DNA of 64,000 nt from Basidiobolus meristosporus CBS 931.73 (lineage: Eukaryota; Fungi; Basidiobolomycota): contig MCFE01000480.1 of assembly GCA_002104905.1 (NCBI GenBank), forward strand, positions 1 to 64,000, read 5' to 3'. Shown piece after piece: positions 63,651 to 64,000 of this stretch. The translations under genes and the position numbers were made by a program. Positions within the stretch are counted from its first letter, which is position 1; every line of letters starts with the position of its first letter. Under the pieces are notes generated by a model. That model worked only from the letters and a program-made list of their open reading frames with translations. It was not told where the DNA came from and did no database searches.

Positions 63651-64000
63651 AGACTTGTTCCGTTGGATAGTTCCACATGGTGCCAGCCTGTTTATAGTGC
63701 CGGATCAACCTGGCACTCTACGGCACTATCTGGCACTATAATTTCTACCATGATGCCAGTGGTATGATACAGTCACTGGTAATTTTACTCAATCTTACTT
63801 ATGTTGCTCAGAATAGTGCTTTCTTTGCTTTATTTACTCTTCATAATGCTCCAGACATATTTCTCTCAGTGGATGTCTTCTTGTATGAACATACTGTGCA
63901 TTAATAAGTATCTTAACTATTTTACCTATTCTGCTGTTTTCACCTATATATGACTTTCCTCTGTATTTAACTGCCAATATGCTGAATCTCTTCAGATATC
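63651..64000. mobile_element. Younger PHIS copy inserted into the transposase of the previous copy; runs off the window
   Basis: End AGACTTGTTCCG; near-duplicate of 62670-63010 but retains CpGs. Confidence 0.9.

Overview
Eukaryotic, fungal-type DNA in two compartments. Bases 1 to ~16.8 kb are a CpG-rich gene island: glutathione S-transferase (3' part), alternative oxidase (7 exons), ribosomal protein L37, CKS1, a DUF1749 alpha/beta hydrolase, a Pcl/Pho80-type cyclin and an intronless secreted dipeptidyl peptidase V. Bases ~16.9 to 64 kb are an almost CpG-free pile of nested, decayed transposons: at least six CACTA/CMC copies (one structurally complete), Ty1/copia and Ty3/gypsy relics, solo LTRs, and a PIF/Harbinger-superfamily (PHIS) family with A-N-T target duplications, transposase-bearing copies and 734-bp near-palindromic MITEs. 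Copy-to-copy comparison shows CG->TG/CA decay and some CG/CA->TA decay, suggesting a methylation-linked or RIP-like hypermutation with a sharp boundary that cuts through an unidentified eroded ORF. The architecture would fit a repeat-inflated early-diverging fungus such as Entomophthorales, but that is a low-confidence inference. All exon and element boundaries were read by eye; no searches or alignments were run.
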